Part shown: piece by piece, positions 1 to 10,783 of the stretch
Layout: the number at the start of each line of letters is the position of its first letter
Numbering within the stretch: position 1 is the stretch's first letter
NCBI GenBank assembly: GCA_016840315.1
Contig: JAEOSO010000001.1
Coordinates: forward strand, 1-44,897
Reading direction: 5' to 3'
Source: Candidatus Borrarchaeota archaeon
GTDB taxonomy: Archaea; Asgardarchaeota; Sifarchaeia; Borrarchaeales; Borrarchaeaceae
Length of the DNA: 44,897 nucleotides
Position numbers and translations under genes: made by a program
Notes under the pieces: model-generated
Databases searched by the model: none
Told to the model about the DNA's origin: nothing
What the model saw: only the letters and a program-made list of their open reading frames with translations

Positions 1-165
1 AGTTGTGACTGTGATAACGTGATAGAGAGGGACAAAAATAGTGCGATCATCCTAATGAAACGTTACCTATCACAGAATGCCAAGTGGACGGGCTATCGGG
101 TATTTCTCGATAATCTGCGACACACAGCCGAATGTAAAACGAAAGTTTCTCCCGTAGGGAGTTAG
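1..165 (+). CDS. tnpB: TnpB-like (IS200/IS605 OrfB) C-terminal end; the 5' part lies outside the window
   Basis: Frame 1 from base 1 reads SCDCDNVIERDKNSAIILMKRYL. This is the second Cys pair of the TnpB zinc finger followed by the RuvC-III D-R-D-x-N type motif. Stop TAG at 163-165. GC-richer than the AT-rich flank that begins near 210. Confidence 0.55.
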   Translation, partial: SCDCDNVIERDKNSAIILMKRYLSQNAKWTGYRVFLDNLRHTAECKTKVSPVGS

Positions 166-209
166 GAGGACTCGCAGGAAGTCCCATCCGTCAGAGTGGG
201 GTAGTTCAC
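66..209 (+). ncRNA. TnpB omega (right-end) RNA scaffold, copy 1, ending in GTAGTTCAC at 209
   Basis: About 140 nt overlapping the 3' end of the tnpB fragment. Homologous to 44213-44352 with stem-preserving differences (TATCG/CGATA versus CATCC/GGATG). A terminal hairpin CCCA...TGGG is followed by GTAGTTCAC, a terminus shared with other IS ends in the window. Confidence 0.5.
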
Positions 210-405
210 GGTGTTTCTTCCATTACACTAATAAATTGACTTAAATTTCTATTCGTATTAAATTGAAAACTGTTGATTGAAGAAAATTAAAATCATAGTT
301 TAAAATATAGAGCAGTGTTCTTATCTTACATTTAATCTTAAATTCAAATAAACTCAAATCTAGGCCAGTCTGCATGCAAATCATGCGAAAAAGGAGGCAC
401 AATTA

Positions 406-1785
406 ATGAAAGAACAAAGTTATTTTGCTCACTACTCACAAGAGGTTAGAAATATCCTCAAAGAGAAAGAAATAGAGCCTGGTGACCGTATTCGCATTAA
501 ATCTGAGGATATCGACTATGAGGGATATATATTACCACGTATTGATATTGGAGATCCCTGGGCCATCGTATTGAAGCAAGATGACGGGTATAATGTAAGT
601 GTTGCTTATCAGTCAGGAGTTAAAATTGAGCGAATTGGCGAAGGAATTAGTCTAGAAAGTTTTCCAAAGACCTATCCAGAACAACGGCCAGATCTCCCAG
701 AGATTTCTTTGCTTGCAACAGGTGGGACAATAGCTAGCCGGATAGACTATTTAACAGGAGGCGTAGTGATGGCATTCACACCTTCAGAACTTTTCGTTGC
801 AATCCCTGAACTCTCAGAGATCGTCCGGTTTAAGGAGTGTAACCTCCTTTTTAATCTTGCAAGTGAGGATTTGTGGATTAATGAATGGCGCAGAATGGCT
901 GAGGATGCTGCAAAAGAATTGAACTCAGGTGCATCAGGCGTTGTTATTACTCATGGCACAGATTGTATGGGATATTCTGCGGCCATATTGAGTTTCATGT
1001 TACATCAAGGTCTCTCAAAACCTGTTGTGCTTACGGGAGCACAACGTTCATCGGATCGAGGCAGTTTCGATGGTGCAATTAATCTACTTTGCGCCTCATG
1101 GCTGGCTGGTCACGCAGATCTAGCAGGAGTAGTTGTATGCATGCATGGAGAGCCAGATGATACATATTGCCTTATTAATAGAGGGACAAAGGTACGAAAG
1201 ATGCATACAAGTCGACGTGATACATTTCGTCCTATTAACGAAGTGCCAATCGGAAAAGTATGGCCAAATGGAAAAATAAAATTGACAGAAAAGCCTCAAG
1301 TACCTTCTAAGAGGCGAGGTGAGACAGATGTAGTGCCAGATACTGCATTTGAGGAGAAAATCGCCCTGATTAAAGCATATCCCGGTTCAAATCCTGAGAT
1401 TATTGATTTTCTGACGGATAAGGGCTATAAGGGTATCATAATTGAAGGTACAGGACTTGGACATACACCTACTTCTCCACCCCTCTCTGAAGAACATCGA
1501 TCATGGTTGCCTCATGTGAAACGCGCCTTAGAGATGGAAATTTTTATTGGGATGACGTCACAATGCATTTATGGTCGGGTAAATCCTTATGTATACCGCA
1601 ATCTTCGTCTAATGAGCAACGCGGGAGTGGTATACCTTGAAGACATGCTCCCAGAAACTGCTTATCTGAAACTAGGCTGGGTATTGGGTCATACACAAGA
1701 AAAAGAAGAAGTAGAACGCCTTATGTTAAAAAATTTCGCGGGAGAGATCACTGAAAAAACGGATGAAAGAGCATTTCTATTTTAG
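406..1785 (+). CDS. gatD: Glu-tRNA(Gln) amidotransferase subunit D
   Basis: Asparaginase-like domain motifs (LATGGTIASRIDYLTGGV, ITHGTDCMGYSAA), archaeal GatD length, immediately followed by gatE. Confidence 0.9.
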   Translation: MKEQSYFAHYSQEVRNILKEKEIEPGDRIRIKSEDIDYEGYILPRIDIGDPWAIVLKQDDGYNVSVAYQSGVKIERIGEGISLESFPKTYPEQRPDLPEISLLATGGTIASRIDYLTGGVVMAFTPSELFVAIPELSEIVRFKECNLLFNLASEDLWINEWRRMAEDAAKELNSGASGVVITHGTDCMGYSAAILSFMLHQGLSKPVVLTGAQRSSDRGSFDGAINLLCASWLAGHADLAGVVVCMHGEPDDTYCLINRGTKVRKMHTSRRDTFRPINEVPIGKVWPNGKIKLTEKPQVPSKRRGETDVVPDTAFEEKIALIKAYPGSNPEIIDFLTDKGYKGIIIEGTGLGHTPTSPPLSEEHRSWLPHVKRALEMEIFIGMTSQCIYGRVNPYVYRNLRLMSNAGVVYLEDMLPETAYLKLGWVLGHTQEKEEVERLMLKNFAGEITEKTDERAFLF

Positions 1786-3717
1786 GTGAATGAAATGGCA
1801 AAAGAAAATACTCTTAGTTATGAGAAACTGGGGCTCATGGTAGGTCTAGAATTTCATCAACAGTTAGAGACTCACAAATTGTTTTGCAAATGTCCTTCAG
1901 ACGTACGAACTGATGAGCCTGATATCAAGATTGAGAGGCAGTTAAGAGCTGTTGCTGGAGAGACTGGAGAAGTAGATTTGGCAGCGGCATTCGAAATGCA
2001 AAAAGAAGCAAATGTGATCTATGAAGGTTATTCAGACACAACATGCTTGATTGAATTTGACGAAGAGCCGCCGGCCCTAATTAATCGGAGAGCAGTTGAT
2101 ATTGCTCTCGAAATAGCCCTTATTTTTGAAATGCAACCCATTGAAGAGATTCAAGTAATGAGAAAAACAATCATAGATGGGTCAACACCAATGGGGTTTC
2201 AAAGAACCGCAAAAATTGCGATTGGTACTAAAAACTCTTATCTAATGACCTCACAAGGAAAAGTTTTCATTACTCAACTCTATGTGGAGGAAGATGCTGC
2301 AAGGATCATAAAACAAACAAAAGAAGGAACTACGTTCCGAGTTGATCGTCTTGGAATTCCCTTGATCGAGATCAGAACCGATCCTGATATTCATAGTCCT
2401 GAGCAAACAAAAGAGGTTGCTGAACGAATTGGTGCAATTATACGAGCTACTGGTAAGGTAAAGAGAGGCTTAGGAACAATTCGACAGGATATAAATGTAT
2501 CAATAAAGGATGGAGCCCGCGTAGAAATCAAAGGGGCACAAGAATTGGACCTTGTCGGGGAGTATGTGAAAAATGAGGTATTAAGGCAATTAAATATGAT
2601 AAAAATTCGAAAAGTACTTGAAGAGAGAGGAGCTCAGGAAGATCACATCGCTTTAGAACATCAAGATGTTTCAACTATTTTTACTGAAACGAAAGCCAAA
2701 TTCGTGCAGAAAGCCTTGAAAAAAGGAGAGCGTGTCTTAGGTGTAAAACTTTCGAAATTTGGAAAATTATTAGGTAGAGAACTTCAACCAGGTCGTCGAT
2801 TGGGAACTGAATTTGCGGATGCTGTTAAAATCTATGCTGGACTTGGAGGTATTTTACATTCAGATGAATTACCGAATTATGGAATTTCTGAAGACGAAGT
2901 TAACGAAGTGAGACCGGTTTTAGAATGTGGAGATGAAGACGGTTTTGTTCTTGTAGTAGGTCCGAAAGGCAAATGTGAACAGGCGATTTGGACCATATGC
3001 AATTTAGCCAAAATCTATATTACTCACGTTCCAAAAGAAGTTCGAAGACCAAACCCAGATGGGACAACTGCCTTTTTAAGACCTCTTCCAGGGTCAGCAA
3101 GGATGTACCCTGAAACTGATGCCGTGCCGTTACGTATATCTTCTGAAATGGTAGAAGAAATCAAACAACATCTTCCAGAACTCCCAGAAGAAAAGAAAAA
3201 ACGCTATATCGAAGATTATAAACTTTCAGTAGAGTTAACTGAAGAATTATACCTTAATCCGAAGAGTCTTTGGTTCGAAGAAATTGTGGATGAAGTTGGT
3301 GTCGATCCTATGTTGGTGGCGACTACCATAATCAGTACATCCAAGTATCTACAAAGAGAAGGTTTTCCAATCGACGAAGAGATAACAAAAGAAAAATTAC
3401 ATGAGATATTTGAATTCTACTCTCAAGGAAGATACGCAAAGGAAGCGCTCCCTGAAGTGTTGACATCAGTAGCAGAAAATCCAGATACACCGCTAGATGA
3501 ACTTGTGGAGAGTATTGGTCTTACCACTCTATCAAAGGATGAGGTAACAAAAATTATCAAAGAAACAATCGAAAAAAATGAAGACTTAGTTAAAGAAAGG
3601 GAAATGGACGCTCTTAAACCTCTCATGGGAGAGGTGATGAAAAAACTACGAGGAAAGGTCGACGGAAAAACAATCAGTACTTTGCTTGAACAACAATTAA
3701 AGGAGCACTTATCGTAA
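1786..3717 (+). CDS. gatE: Glu-tRNA(Gln) amidotransferase subunit E
   Basis: GatB/E signature LGLMVGLEFHQQL..KLFC and a C-terminal YqeY-like tail. GTG at 1786 abuts the gatD stop; an alternative ATG lies at 1795. Confidence 0.9.
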   Translation: MNEMAKENTLSYEKLGLMVGLEFHQQLETHKLFCKCPSDVRTDEPDIKIERQLRAVAGETGEVDLAAAFEMQKEANVIYEGYSDTTCLIEFDEEPPALINRRAVDIALEIALIFEMQPIEEIQVMRKTIIDGSTPMGFQRTAKIAIGTKNSYLMTSQGKVFITQLYVEEDAARIIKQTKEGTTFRVDRLGIPLIEIRTDPDIHSPEQTKEVAERIGAIIRATGKVKRGLGTIRQDINVSIKDGARVEIKGAQELDLVGEYVKNEVLRQLNMIKIRKVLEERGAQEDHIALEHQDVSTIFTETKAKFVQKALKKGERVLGVKLSKFGKLLGRELQPGRRLGTEFADAVKIYAGLGGILHSDELPNYGISEDEVNEVRPVLECGDEDGFVLVVGPKGKCEQAIWTICNLAKIYITHVPKEVRRPNPDGTTAFLRPLPGSARMYPETDAVPLRISSEMVEEIKQHLPELPEEKKKRYIEDYKLSVELTEELYLNPKSLWFEEIVDEVGVDPMLVATTIISTSKYLQREGFPIDEEITKEKLHEIFEFYSQGRYAKEALPEVLTSVAENPDTPLDELVESIGLTTLSKDEVTKIIKETIEKNEDLVKEREMDALKPLMGEVMKKLRGKVDGKTISTLLEQQLKEHLS

Positions 3718-5307
3718 GTATTTACTCACGTAAGCCCCATCACGAGCATATCCTTGCTTATAAAACCATTGTCTTACGCCTAAACCACTAAGGACTGAAA
3801 TTTTCGCGACATCGTAGTGTTCTCTGCTGAGGCGTTCTGCCTCATTTAATAATAATTCTCCTATCTTACGGTGTTGGACCTGATGGAGATTTGGTTTTTT
3901 TCCAATTGGAACCAGTTCTCCAAAAACACGCAGTTCTCTTACGATAGTTGTCATCGTTTCTGTGATTTCTTTTCGATGGGCTTTCTCAGATGGGACACGC
4001 AGCCGTATTAATCCAAGAAGAATATCTTGTTTTGTATCCTCGTATGAAATGAAATTTTCGATTCCTTCTGAAGCGTCATTTTTATCTATGATGATTTCGA
4101 GATTTTCTGGTTTTGGAGTGATTCCTGATTTTCTATGAACGATACCTTGTTCGCGACATCTAATACAAGAGCATGTTATTCCACTTTTGCTTAATTCTTC
4201 ATGCGCAAGCTCTCTAAGATTGCCTTTCTTGACTCCATCTTCGATCATCTTCGCAGAAATATCTCTTTGAATTCTCTGTATACGAACCCACCTTGGAATA
4301 TTTGGTAAAACTTGCGATAATAGACTCGTCATTGTTTCAGTGTTATAAGGTTTGTAGTTACCACTCTGCCATAATTCATACAGTTCTGTGTCTTTGATAA
4401 CCAAACAAGGATAAATCTTCAGATTATCTGGCTTAAAAAAGGGGTTTTCAAAGATCTCTTGAAACATTTTCAGATCTCGTTCTACATTCGATCCCGGAAG
4501 ACCTGGCATAACATGAAATGCAACCTTTATTCCAGCATCCTTTAGAATGCGAGTGGCTTCAATAACGTCCTGAACTGTGTGACCTCTTTTGCATATCTCA
4601 TAGACATCGTCAAAAATAGTTTGTACACCCAATTCAACAGTAGTGACGCCCAAATGAAGCATATCATCTGTATGGGATATCTTGGAATAATCCGGGCGCG
4701 TTTCGACAATGATACCTACAAGCTTTCGTTGTGCTGTTTCTACAGCCCTTTTGAGTTCTTCAAAATCAGAATAGCTTTCATCACATAGCGCTTCAAGGCA
4801 TCTGTGAACGAAACTTAATTGATATTCATAGGGTAAATAAGTAACCGTCCCGCCTTTCAAGGATAGGAGAATCTTGTCTGTGGCATGACCTATAAGTTCC
4901 AATTGATTAAGCCTCGTCTTTACCTGCAAATAAGGGTCGTAATCGTTTTGTATACCTCGCATCGTTGAAGGTTCGTGTCCAGTGTAACTCTTTGGAACAT
5001 CTGAAAAAGTTGGACAATAGATACATGACTGATTAGGGCAGGGATAAGGCTTTATCATAACTGCAACGACAGCAATACCTGAGATTGTTCGCATACTCTT
5101 TGTCTTTAATATAGGAAGAAGAAGCATTTTTTCCTCTGGAGTTGTGTGGGAAAGAATAGTCGCGTTCGAGACAATACCTACTGAAGGATATTTCTTTGCA
5201 TGACGTTTTTTGAGTTTCTGAACAAGCTGTGCATCTACCTCAGATAAAGTCGTAAGTAATTCCTCAATAATTCCCCTGCAAACACTTTCTTCTAACGTAC
5301 TGGACAC
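3709..5307 (-). CDS. elp3: Elp3-type radical SAM / GNAT tRNA modification enzyme
   Basis: Radical-SAM Cys cluster region (CPNQSCIYCP), Elp3 core, C-terminal GNAT-like domain (HRKIGELLLNEAERL). Confidence 0.85.
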   Translation of the reverse strand: MSSTLEESVCRGIIEELLTTLSEVDAQLVQKLKKRHAKKYPSVGIVSNATILSHTTPEEKMLLLPILKTKSMRTISGIAVVAVMIKPYPCPNQSCIYCPTFSDVPKSYTGHEPSTMRGIQNDYDPYLQVKTRLNQLELIGHATDKILLSLKGGTVTYLPYEYQLSFVHRCLEALCDESYSDFEELKRAVETAQRKLVGIIVETRPDYSKISHTDDMLHLGVTTVELGVQTIFDDVYEICKRGHTVQDVIEATRILKDAGIKVAFHVMPGLPGSNVERDLKMFQEIFENPFFKPDNLKIYPCLVIKDTELYELWQSGNYKPYNTETMTSLLSQVLPNIPRWVRIQRIQRDISAKMIEDGVKKGNLRELAHEELSKSGITCSCIRCREQGIVHRKSGITPKPENLEIIIDKNDASEGIENFISYEDTKQDILLGLIRLRVPSEKAHRKEITETMTTIVRELRVFGELVPIGKKPNLHQVQHRKIGELLLNEAERLSREHYDVAKISVLSGLGVRQWFYKQGYARDGAYVSKYLR

Positions 5308-5394
5308 TATAACTGCGCCTCAGTTCTCTTTAAAATGTAAATTCATTTGTCTTAAAGACTTAAGATCTTTAAAAGGCTTCGTTTGTGCACAATT

Positions 5395-6207
5395 TTAGTC
5401 AGTAATAGGGATAAGTCTACCCGAAGGGTCTCGCTTAGAATGCCCGAACTCATTCATAGTGCGAAGTACTTTAGACTCAAAAATCGGACCATCTGTACAG
5501 ACGATTTGCTCATTAATACAGCAACTACCACATAATCCAATGCCGCACTTCATATATCTCTCAAGACTAGCTTGGAAAGCAATGTTTTTTGATTCTGCAA
5601 TATTAAACGCAGTTTTAAGCATAGGTTCAGGACCACAAGCATAGATTTGATCAAAGGTTTTCTTTCGAAGAGTTTTATCCATCAACTCAGTCACTAGTCC
5701 ATGAAAGCCCATTGATCCATCATCTGTAGCTATGGACAAGCGAAAGTTTTCAAGTGATGTATATTCTTGCAATGAATTCTGGAATAGGAGTTCATTCTTA
5801 GTTAATGCTCCAATAAGAACAGTCACAGATTTCTGTGCTTCAATAAGTTGTAAAATAAGTGGAAAGAGACATGCCATACCGACTCCTCCTCCCACGACTA
5901 ATATGCGACTACCTGCAATTTTAAATCCATTCCCATAGGGACCTCTCACACCAATAAGTGAACCTTCAGGTATCAAGTGCGTCTTTTCTGTAGAAGACCC
6001 CACCTTTTTCACAGTAATCCCGATAAGTTCTTTTTTAGGATCAATATAAGATAGGGACATAGGAATTTCATCATTGAATGTCCATATCATAAGAAATTGA
6101 CCTGGAATTCCTTGCTGGGCTATTAAAGGAACTTTCATGAAAAAGGTTTTAATAGAGGGGGTGTTTGTTTCGATTTTTTCGAGAGGTACTACAATAGGTT
6201 TGTTCAT
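5395..6207 (-). CDS. pyrK: Dihydroorotate dehydrogenase 1B electron-transfer subunit
   Basis: Ferredoxin-reductase fold with C-terminal 2Fe-2S motif CGIGLCGSCC. Start placed at ATG 6207 (MNKPIVV) because the longer ORF to 6273 would overlap the upstream gene. Confidence 0.8.
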   Translation of the reverse strand: MNKPIVVPLEKIETNTPSIKTFFMKVPLIAQQGIPGQFLMIWTFNDEIPMSLSYIDPKKELIGITVKKVGSSTEKTHLIPEGSLIGVRGPYGNGFKIAGSRILVVGGGVGMACLFPLILQLIEAQKSVTVLIGALTKNELLFQNSLQEYTSLENFRLSIATDDGSMGFHGLVTELMDKTLRKKTFDQIYACGPEPMLKTAFNIAESKNIAFQASLERYMKCGIGLCGSCCINEQIVCTDGPIFESKVLRTMNEFGHSKRDPSGRLIPITD

Positions 6208-6229
6208 GCTATTATCACCTTTCTCGACC

Positions 6230-9200
6230 TTACAAAAACAATTTCTTGGCAGCTTTCTCAAACATATTAACATTGTTTCGCTCTATCTCTAGATCTGAGC
6301 GCGCTATTTTTTCTAATCTTTTATCTGCACAGTTTTTATCATTTTTTATCGTGTTTGGCATAAGAGAGATTTGCCGTCTTGTCAAAGAAACATTTGCAGC
6401 GATTTCCAAGGCTTTTGGAACACACTTCTCACCGTATTTCTCTTCTATTCTCAAGAACAAATCATATCCTAATGCGTAGGGATTGATAGTAGAGTTCTCA
6501 TATTTTAAGGCGAAATACTCATGCCTCACATTGAATTCTTCGCTTTCAAGTACCGTTTTTTTGAAATATTCTATCTCGTGATGTATCTCTTGAATAAACA
6601 GTTGATCCTGATCAGCGATTTTTTCAAGCAGTTTTTCGAAAGTCTTTAACTCTAACCATGTTGCGAATCCTTCATCGACTACCAATGTAGACACACAAAG
6701 CCATTGAATCCCTATGCCATACTTATTTGATATTTTTTCTAAATCTTTCATAAGCAATTCGATGCCTTTGTGGTAGTATTCTAATTCAAGCAATTTTTTC
6801 CCTAATGTCGTATGCTGATGGAAGTAACCATGACCAAATTTTTCATGGATGATAATGCTCAGAAGGTTCGCGATGGATTGCGGATAAAGATATGTCTCCA
6901 GATCATAAAGGATATTCATCTCACCAAGAGGATCTACAAAAGCCATCTGTTGTATTGGGATTTTGGAAATGGCTGTCTTTTTTGGAAGATGCGTCTTTCC
7001 ATCTTCTTCGGTTTCATAACGAAAATAATACTCTGATAGCGCTTCGCGAAATGAATTGATATCATGGTATACGATAGGAAATTCCCCCAATGTAATTCCT
7101 AATTCCTTCACGATATTCGCTACCAGACTGACTTTCTTATTGATTTCACTTACCACACCAGTTTTCAATGTTTTTTTAGGGTACACTTGTAACGTAACAG
7201 GCGATGTAAAAGCGCGGCATTTCACATTTTTTTTGTTGAGATATATTAGTTGTGGGTGCATCCTGCTATAGAATGGCATGGATGCCCGAACTGTGAATTC
7301 GATAAGAATTGGATCATTAGTTGATAGAAAGCGATTGATTTCTATCGTGCCATCATTTTCCAATTGCGTCCTTGAGATTACTTTTACTTCCTTTTTAGGG
7401 AACACACCATCGATTTGCTTAATATAGACCGAAGTATCGGAATTGATCTTTATTGCGTAATGTATTTCTTCATCCACCTCTACTTGAGCCTTATCAAGGG
7501 ATATAACAAAGTTTATACTGCTAGGTTCAAACTTAGTTGTTGCATCGAATACAGGAGTGTAAGGCGTAAAAGGTATAGCGATGGATTTGAAGACATTTTC
7601 CTCTATAGCCTCTAATTGAGGCAGGGTGGCAAGCGAGTCCCTTACAAATCCATATCGTTCCATATCTTCCGCATCTTTAAAATACTGAAGTGCTTCGCTC
7701 AACACGGCTGTCATTTTATCCTTAAGCGTGCTTTTCTCAGTAGGATCGTCGCTTTTCTGGAATAATAATGAATAATAGATATATTTCAATAACTTCTCGA
7801 ATCCAGAAACCCCACTGGATGTTTTTTTGAACATTTTCAAAGCACTGGTCGCATTTTCAAAAAACTTATTGGAAAAAGCAAAATTTGTATTCAATTCTGC
7901 GAGATTAAGGTCTGTGTCACGGCGCATAATTTCTAACGCATACATCCAACCTTGACAAAAGAACTTTAATCCTTCACATAATTGTTTCAATCGTTCGTCG
8001 GTTGCTAGCACCAGTGATGCATTTTCAAATTGATCGGATGCACTAGCAAGATATGAGGCTGCACTTTTATATTCACCATTTTTTATGGCAATTTCGGATT
8101 TTTCGAGCCCGAATAATCCGTTAGCAAAATTATAGTAGCCTGCAATGTGAATATTTCGATCAGTAAATGGTTTTAATAGAGCATTAGCCTCTTTAAGTAG
8201 TTTTAATGACTTCTCGCTGTATCCAGTATTACGATAGATTAATGATTTCAAAATATTGGATTGAGCAACGCAAAACGCCTTTGAGGATTCAAAAAAGAAT
8301 TGTTGTGAGTCATAAGCGCTTCTATCAATAAAATATTGAAATTGAGGTTTATGATCTTCAACATAGTGTTTCCCAGCCTCCTCAAATAGACGAGTAATAT
8401 TGGTCAGAATTTTGAGCGTTTCTCTGTAATTTTCCTCTACAAAACACAAAAATGCCTCTTCAAGCAAGGAATATACCTTATATAATACACTTTCATATGA
8501 ATACAGTTCATGTGATTGTAACAGTGAACCTGCCCTATTGTATAATGCCAAAGCGTGGGTATAATTTCCATTATGATGTGAGTCCTTTGCTTTTGAAACC
8601 ATCAACCTAGCTTGTAGGTATGTGTTCAAATTATGATAATACGGATAATCTTTTCCTGCTTGGATTATCTTATCTATAAGATGAATCGCTAGTTCGTAAT
8701 GTTCTATTGATAACGGGTAATCTTGGTAATCTTCCGCAATTATGGCGATTTTATATGCCTCAAAAAACGCATCCTTGAACTCATCGGTCTCTAATGCAGA
8801 TTTATATGATTTCTTAGCAAATATTACTGCCCTTTTAAAGTAGGTCTGGTTGTGTTCGACTTTTGATAAGTCTAAATATAGTGAAGAAAGATCACGCCAA
8901 TTAGAATATACATGTGCCGACCAAGCTGCAGAAATTTTTTCATCGTCTATGAGTAATTCCTCACATTTTTTCAAATAGTCTAACTTCTCTTTTCGTGAAG
9001 TAGCAAATGATGCCTTTATCATATACACTGTGTTCAGGGCGTGATGCAATTCTGCCTTATCGCGAGTACTCTTCATTTTCGCAGATAGAGATATCTCGTT
9101 CATCTTTTCTGCAGATTTTATAGCTTCGTTGATATAATAATTAAATTTTTTCTCTTTTACTGCTTCGAAATAGACAATAGAGGTATAGATAAGTGCCTGG

Positions 9201-10120
9201 ATTTCATATCGATAGAAATGTAGGTGTGGCATGCAAATCAGGGTTTCGTATTTATGTAGTTTCTTGAAATCATTCAAAATTTCATTGAATAATGCTCTTT
9301 TTCTCTCACTTACCCCCGCTGCATGATTTACGCGCTCTAAGTTGAGCCGAACGTAGTTTAATAGAGCCAAATATTCAAATTCAATTGAACCATATGAACG
9401 AGCCACCTCAAACAAGGTATCATAAGGACGCATAAATTCTATAAAATCTGCTTCAGTAGTAGCTTTGTCTCCTTGTAGTATTAGTTTTGGCAAATAATCG
9501 ATAAAGGCAAAAATATAAGCTGATAAGACACGTGCGTCTCTGTTGTTCGTGTTTTGACTTAGTTCTAGGGCTTTATGTGCTAATTCTCTAGTTTTCTCTA
9601 AAACATCCCTTTTTTGTTTAAGAGTTGCCTCCTTAAATTTATGAAAAAGTTGCAAAACGAGTCCGTAGGCACGCCAAACACATCCTAAAGAATAATAATC
9701 ACTGATTTCAATATCAAGATATTTTTTTGGCGCTAGTGTCACTTTTTTGATTATTTTTCCACCTAAGTTGCAGATATCCTGAATAGATGCTTCTTCGTTT
9801 TCATATTTCATGGTATGGTACTTTAGGAAGCATTCTAGATGGTATGATCTCAAAAGTTGTCTTATCTGGTTCATTTCTTCTAAAAGGCTACGCGCATTGA
9901 ATATTAGTTCAAGAGCTCGATTATATTGTAGTAGACGCTTTTCACTATTCTTGATCACTAAGCAGTATTCGATAATAACTTCTGCCGTGTTTAAGCAGAT
10001 GACCGGATCCTTCAGTTGTTGCATTGTTTCTAATTGAGAAAGGATGTCATGTATTTTCTTTTTTCTTTCTTCCAGAGTTCGGATTTTAAAATAACTTTGC
10101 ATCTCACTTTCAAAATTCAT
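6230..10120 (-). CDS. Large uncharacterised protein (1296 aa): about 850 aa of alpha-helical TPR-like repeats, a beta-rich middle domain and a C-terminal HExxH/DEGFA gluzincin-like peptidase domain
   Basis: Uninterrupted 3.9-kb ORF. HEKFGH is encoded at 6830-6847 and VVDEGFATWLE lies about 45 aa downstream, the pattern of MA-clan peptidases. No P-loop, no signal peptide and no TM segment were seen. Confidence 0.6.
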   Translation of the reverse strand: MNFESEMQSYFKIRTLEERKKKIHDILSQLETMQQLKDPVICLNTAEVIIEYCLVIKNSEKRLLQYNRALELIFNARSLLEEMNQIRQLLRSYHLECFLKYHTMKYENEEASIQDICNLGGKIIKKVTLAPKKYLDIEISDYYSLGCVWRAYGLVLQLFHKFKEATLKQKRDVLEKTRELAHKALELSQNTNNRDARVLSAYIFAFIDYLPKLILQGDKATTEADFIEFMRPYDTLFEVARSYGSIEFEYLALLNYVRLNLERVNHAAGVSERKRALFNEILNDFKKLHKYETLICMPHLHFYRYEIQALIYTSIVYFEAVKEKKFNYYINEAIKSAEKMNEISLSAKMKSTRDKAELHHALNTVYMIKASFATSRKEKLDYLKKCEELLIDDEKISAAWSAHVYSNWRDLSSLYLDLSKVEHNQTYFKRAVIFAKKSYKSALETDEFKDAFFEAYKIAIIAEDYQDYPLSIEHYELAIHLIDKIIQAGKDYPYYHNLNTYLQARLMVSKAKDSHHNGNYTHALALYNRAGSLLQSHELYSYESVLYKVYSLLEEAFLCFVEENYRETLKILTNITRLFEEAGKHYVEDHKPQFQYFIDRSAYDSQQFFFESSKAFCVAQSNILKSLIYRNTGYSEKSLKLLKEANALLKPFTDRNIHIAGYYNFANGLFGLEKSEIAIKNGEYKSAASYLASASDQFENASLVLATDERLKQLCEGLKFFCQGWMYALEIMRRDTDLNLAELNTNFAFSNKFFENATSALKMFKKTSSGVSGFEKLLKYIYYSLLFQKSDDPTEKSTLKDKMTAVLSEALQYFKDAEDMERYGFVRDSLATLPQLEAIEENVFKSIAIPFTPYTPVFDATTKFEPSSINFVISLDKAQVEVDEEIHYAIKINSDTSVYIKQIDGVFPKKEVKVISRTQLENDGTIEINRFLSTNDPILIEFTVRASMPFYSRMHPQLIYLNKKNVKCRAFTSPVTLQVYPKKTLKTGVVSEINKKVSLVANIVKELGITLGEFPIVYHDINSFREALSEYYFRYETEEDGKTHLPKKTAISKIPIQQMAFVDPLGEMNILYDLETYLYPQSIANLLSIIIHEKFGHGYFHQHTTLGKKLLELEYYHKGIELLMKDLEKISNKYGIGIQWLCVSTLVVDEGFATWLELKTFEKLLEKIADQDQLFIQEIHHEIEYFKKTVLESEEFNVRHEYFALKYENSTINPYALGYDLFLRIEEKYGEKCVPKALEIAANVSLTRRQISLMPNTIKNDKNCADKRLEKIARSDLEIERNNVNMFEKAAKKLFL

Positions 10121-10783
10121 TATTTTCGCCCAGAAAAATCAATGAACTAGTCTGCTAGAGGATTGATCTATACACCTTTCTAAATTAAGTAAAACAAGAT
10201 TAAATAATATAACCAAGTAACTGATGGAAATCCCTCTAAAGGCTTTTTATCCAAATATTTTGCGTCCATTTTAATTAAAAAAATTTTAAAAATTAATTTC
10301 CTTTTTATTCTTTTAATTATTTCTGTGTTCATAGCCGTTAAGTCATATATTGTCACTTAAACTGACATTTTGTCCTTTTAATCGACTTTTAGTTTCAATA
10401 GATTTATGGTCTTTAAATATAGGATTGAATTCTGCTGCCAGTATAATGTTTAGGAGGGTATATCTTTGGATCCAGGCGTAGGTCTTCCATGGTAAAAACT
10501 CTGATTGAAAGTTTTATACATCAAATTTTTTTTTCTCAAATAACCTAACAATATTGTTATACACTTTTTTTTTAATAGAAGACATAGCGTTTATTTTTTA
10601 CTTTTTCTAGTGCCCGATCAAATTTCAATAGTCTCCCGTCATTATTGTGGAAAATAAACTACTGAATTTAGTTTTGAGACAACCTAAGAACGTTCGATTC
10701 TAACTTAGTAAATAAAATTATTAGTTAAGATCAAGGATTTATCTGGCATTCTTTATTTTTAGAAATAATTAAATACAAAATAT

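Noticed and set aside
10121-10783. 660 bp of extremely AT-rich DNA, checked for ORFs, tRNA-like structures and repeats
   Set aside because: Only homopolymer runs and very short ORFs were found. It is best explained as a long divergent promoter/spacer region. The repeat nearer the wHTH gene is reported separately.
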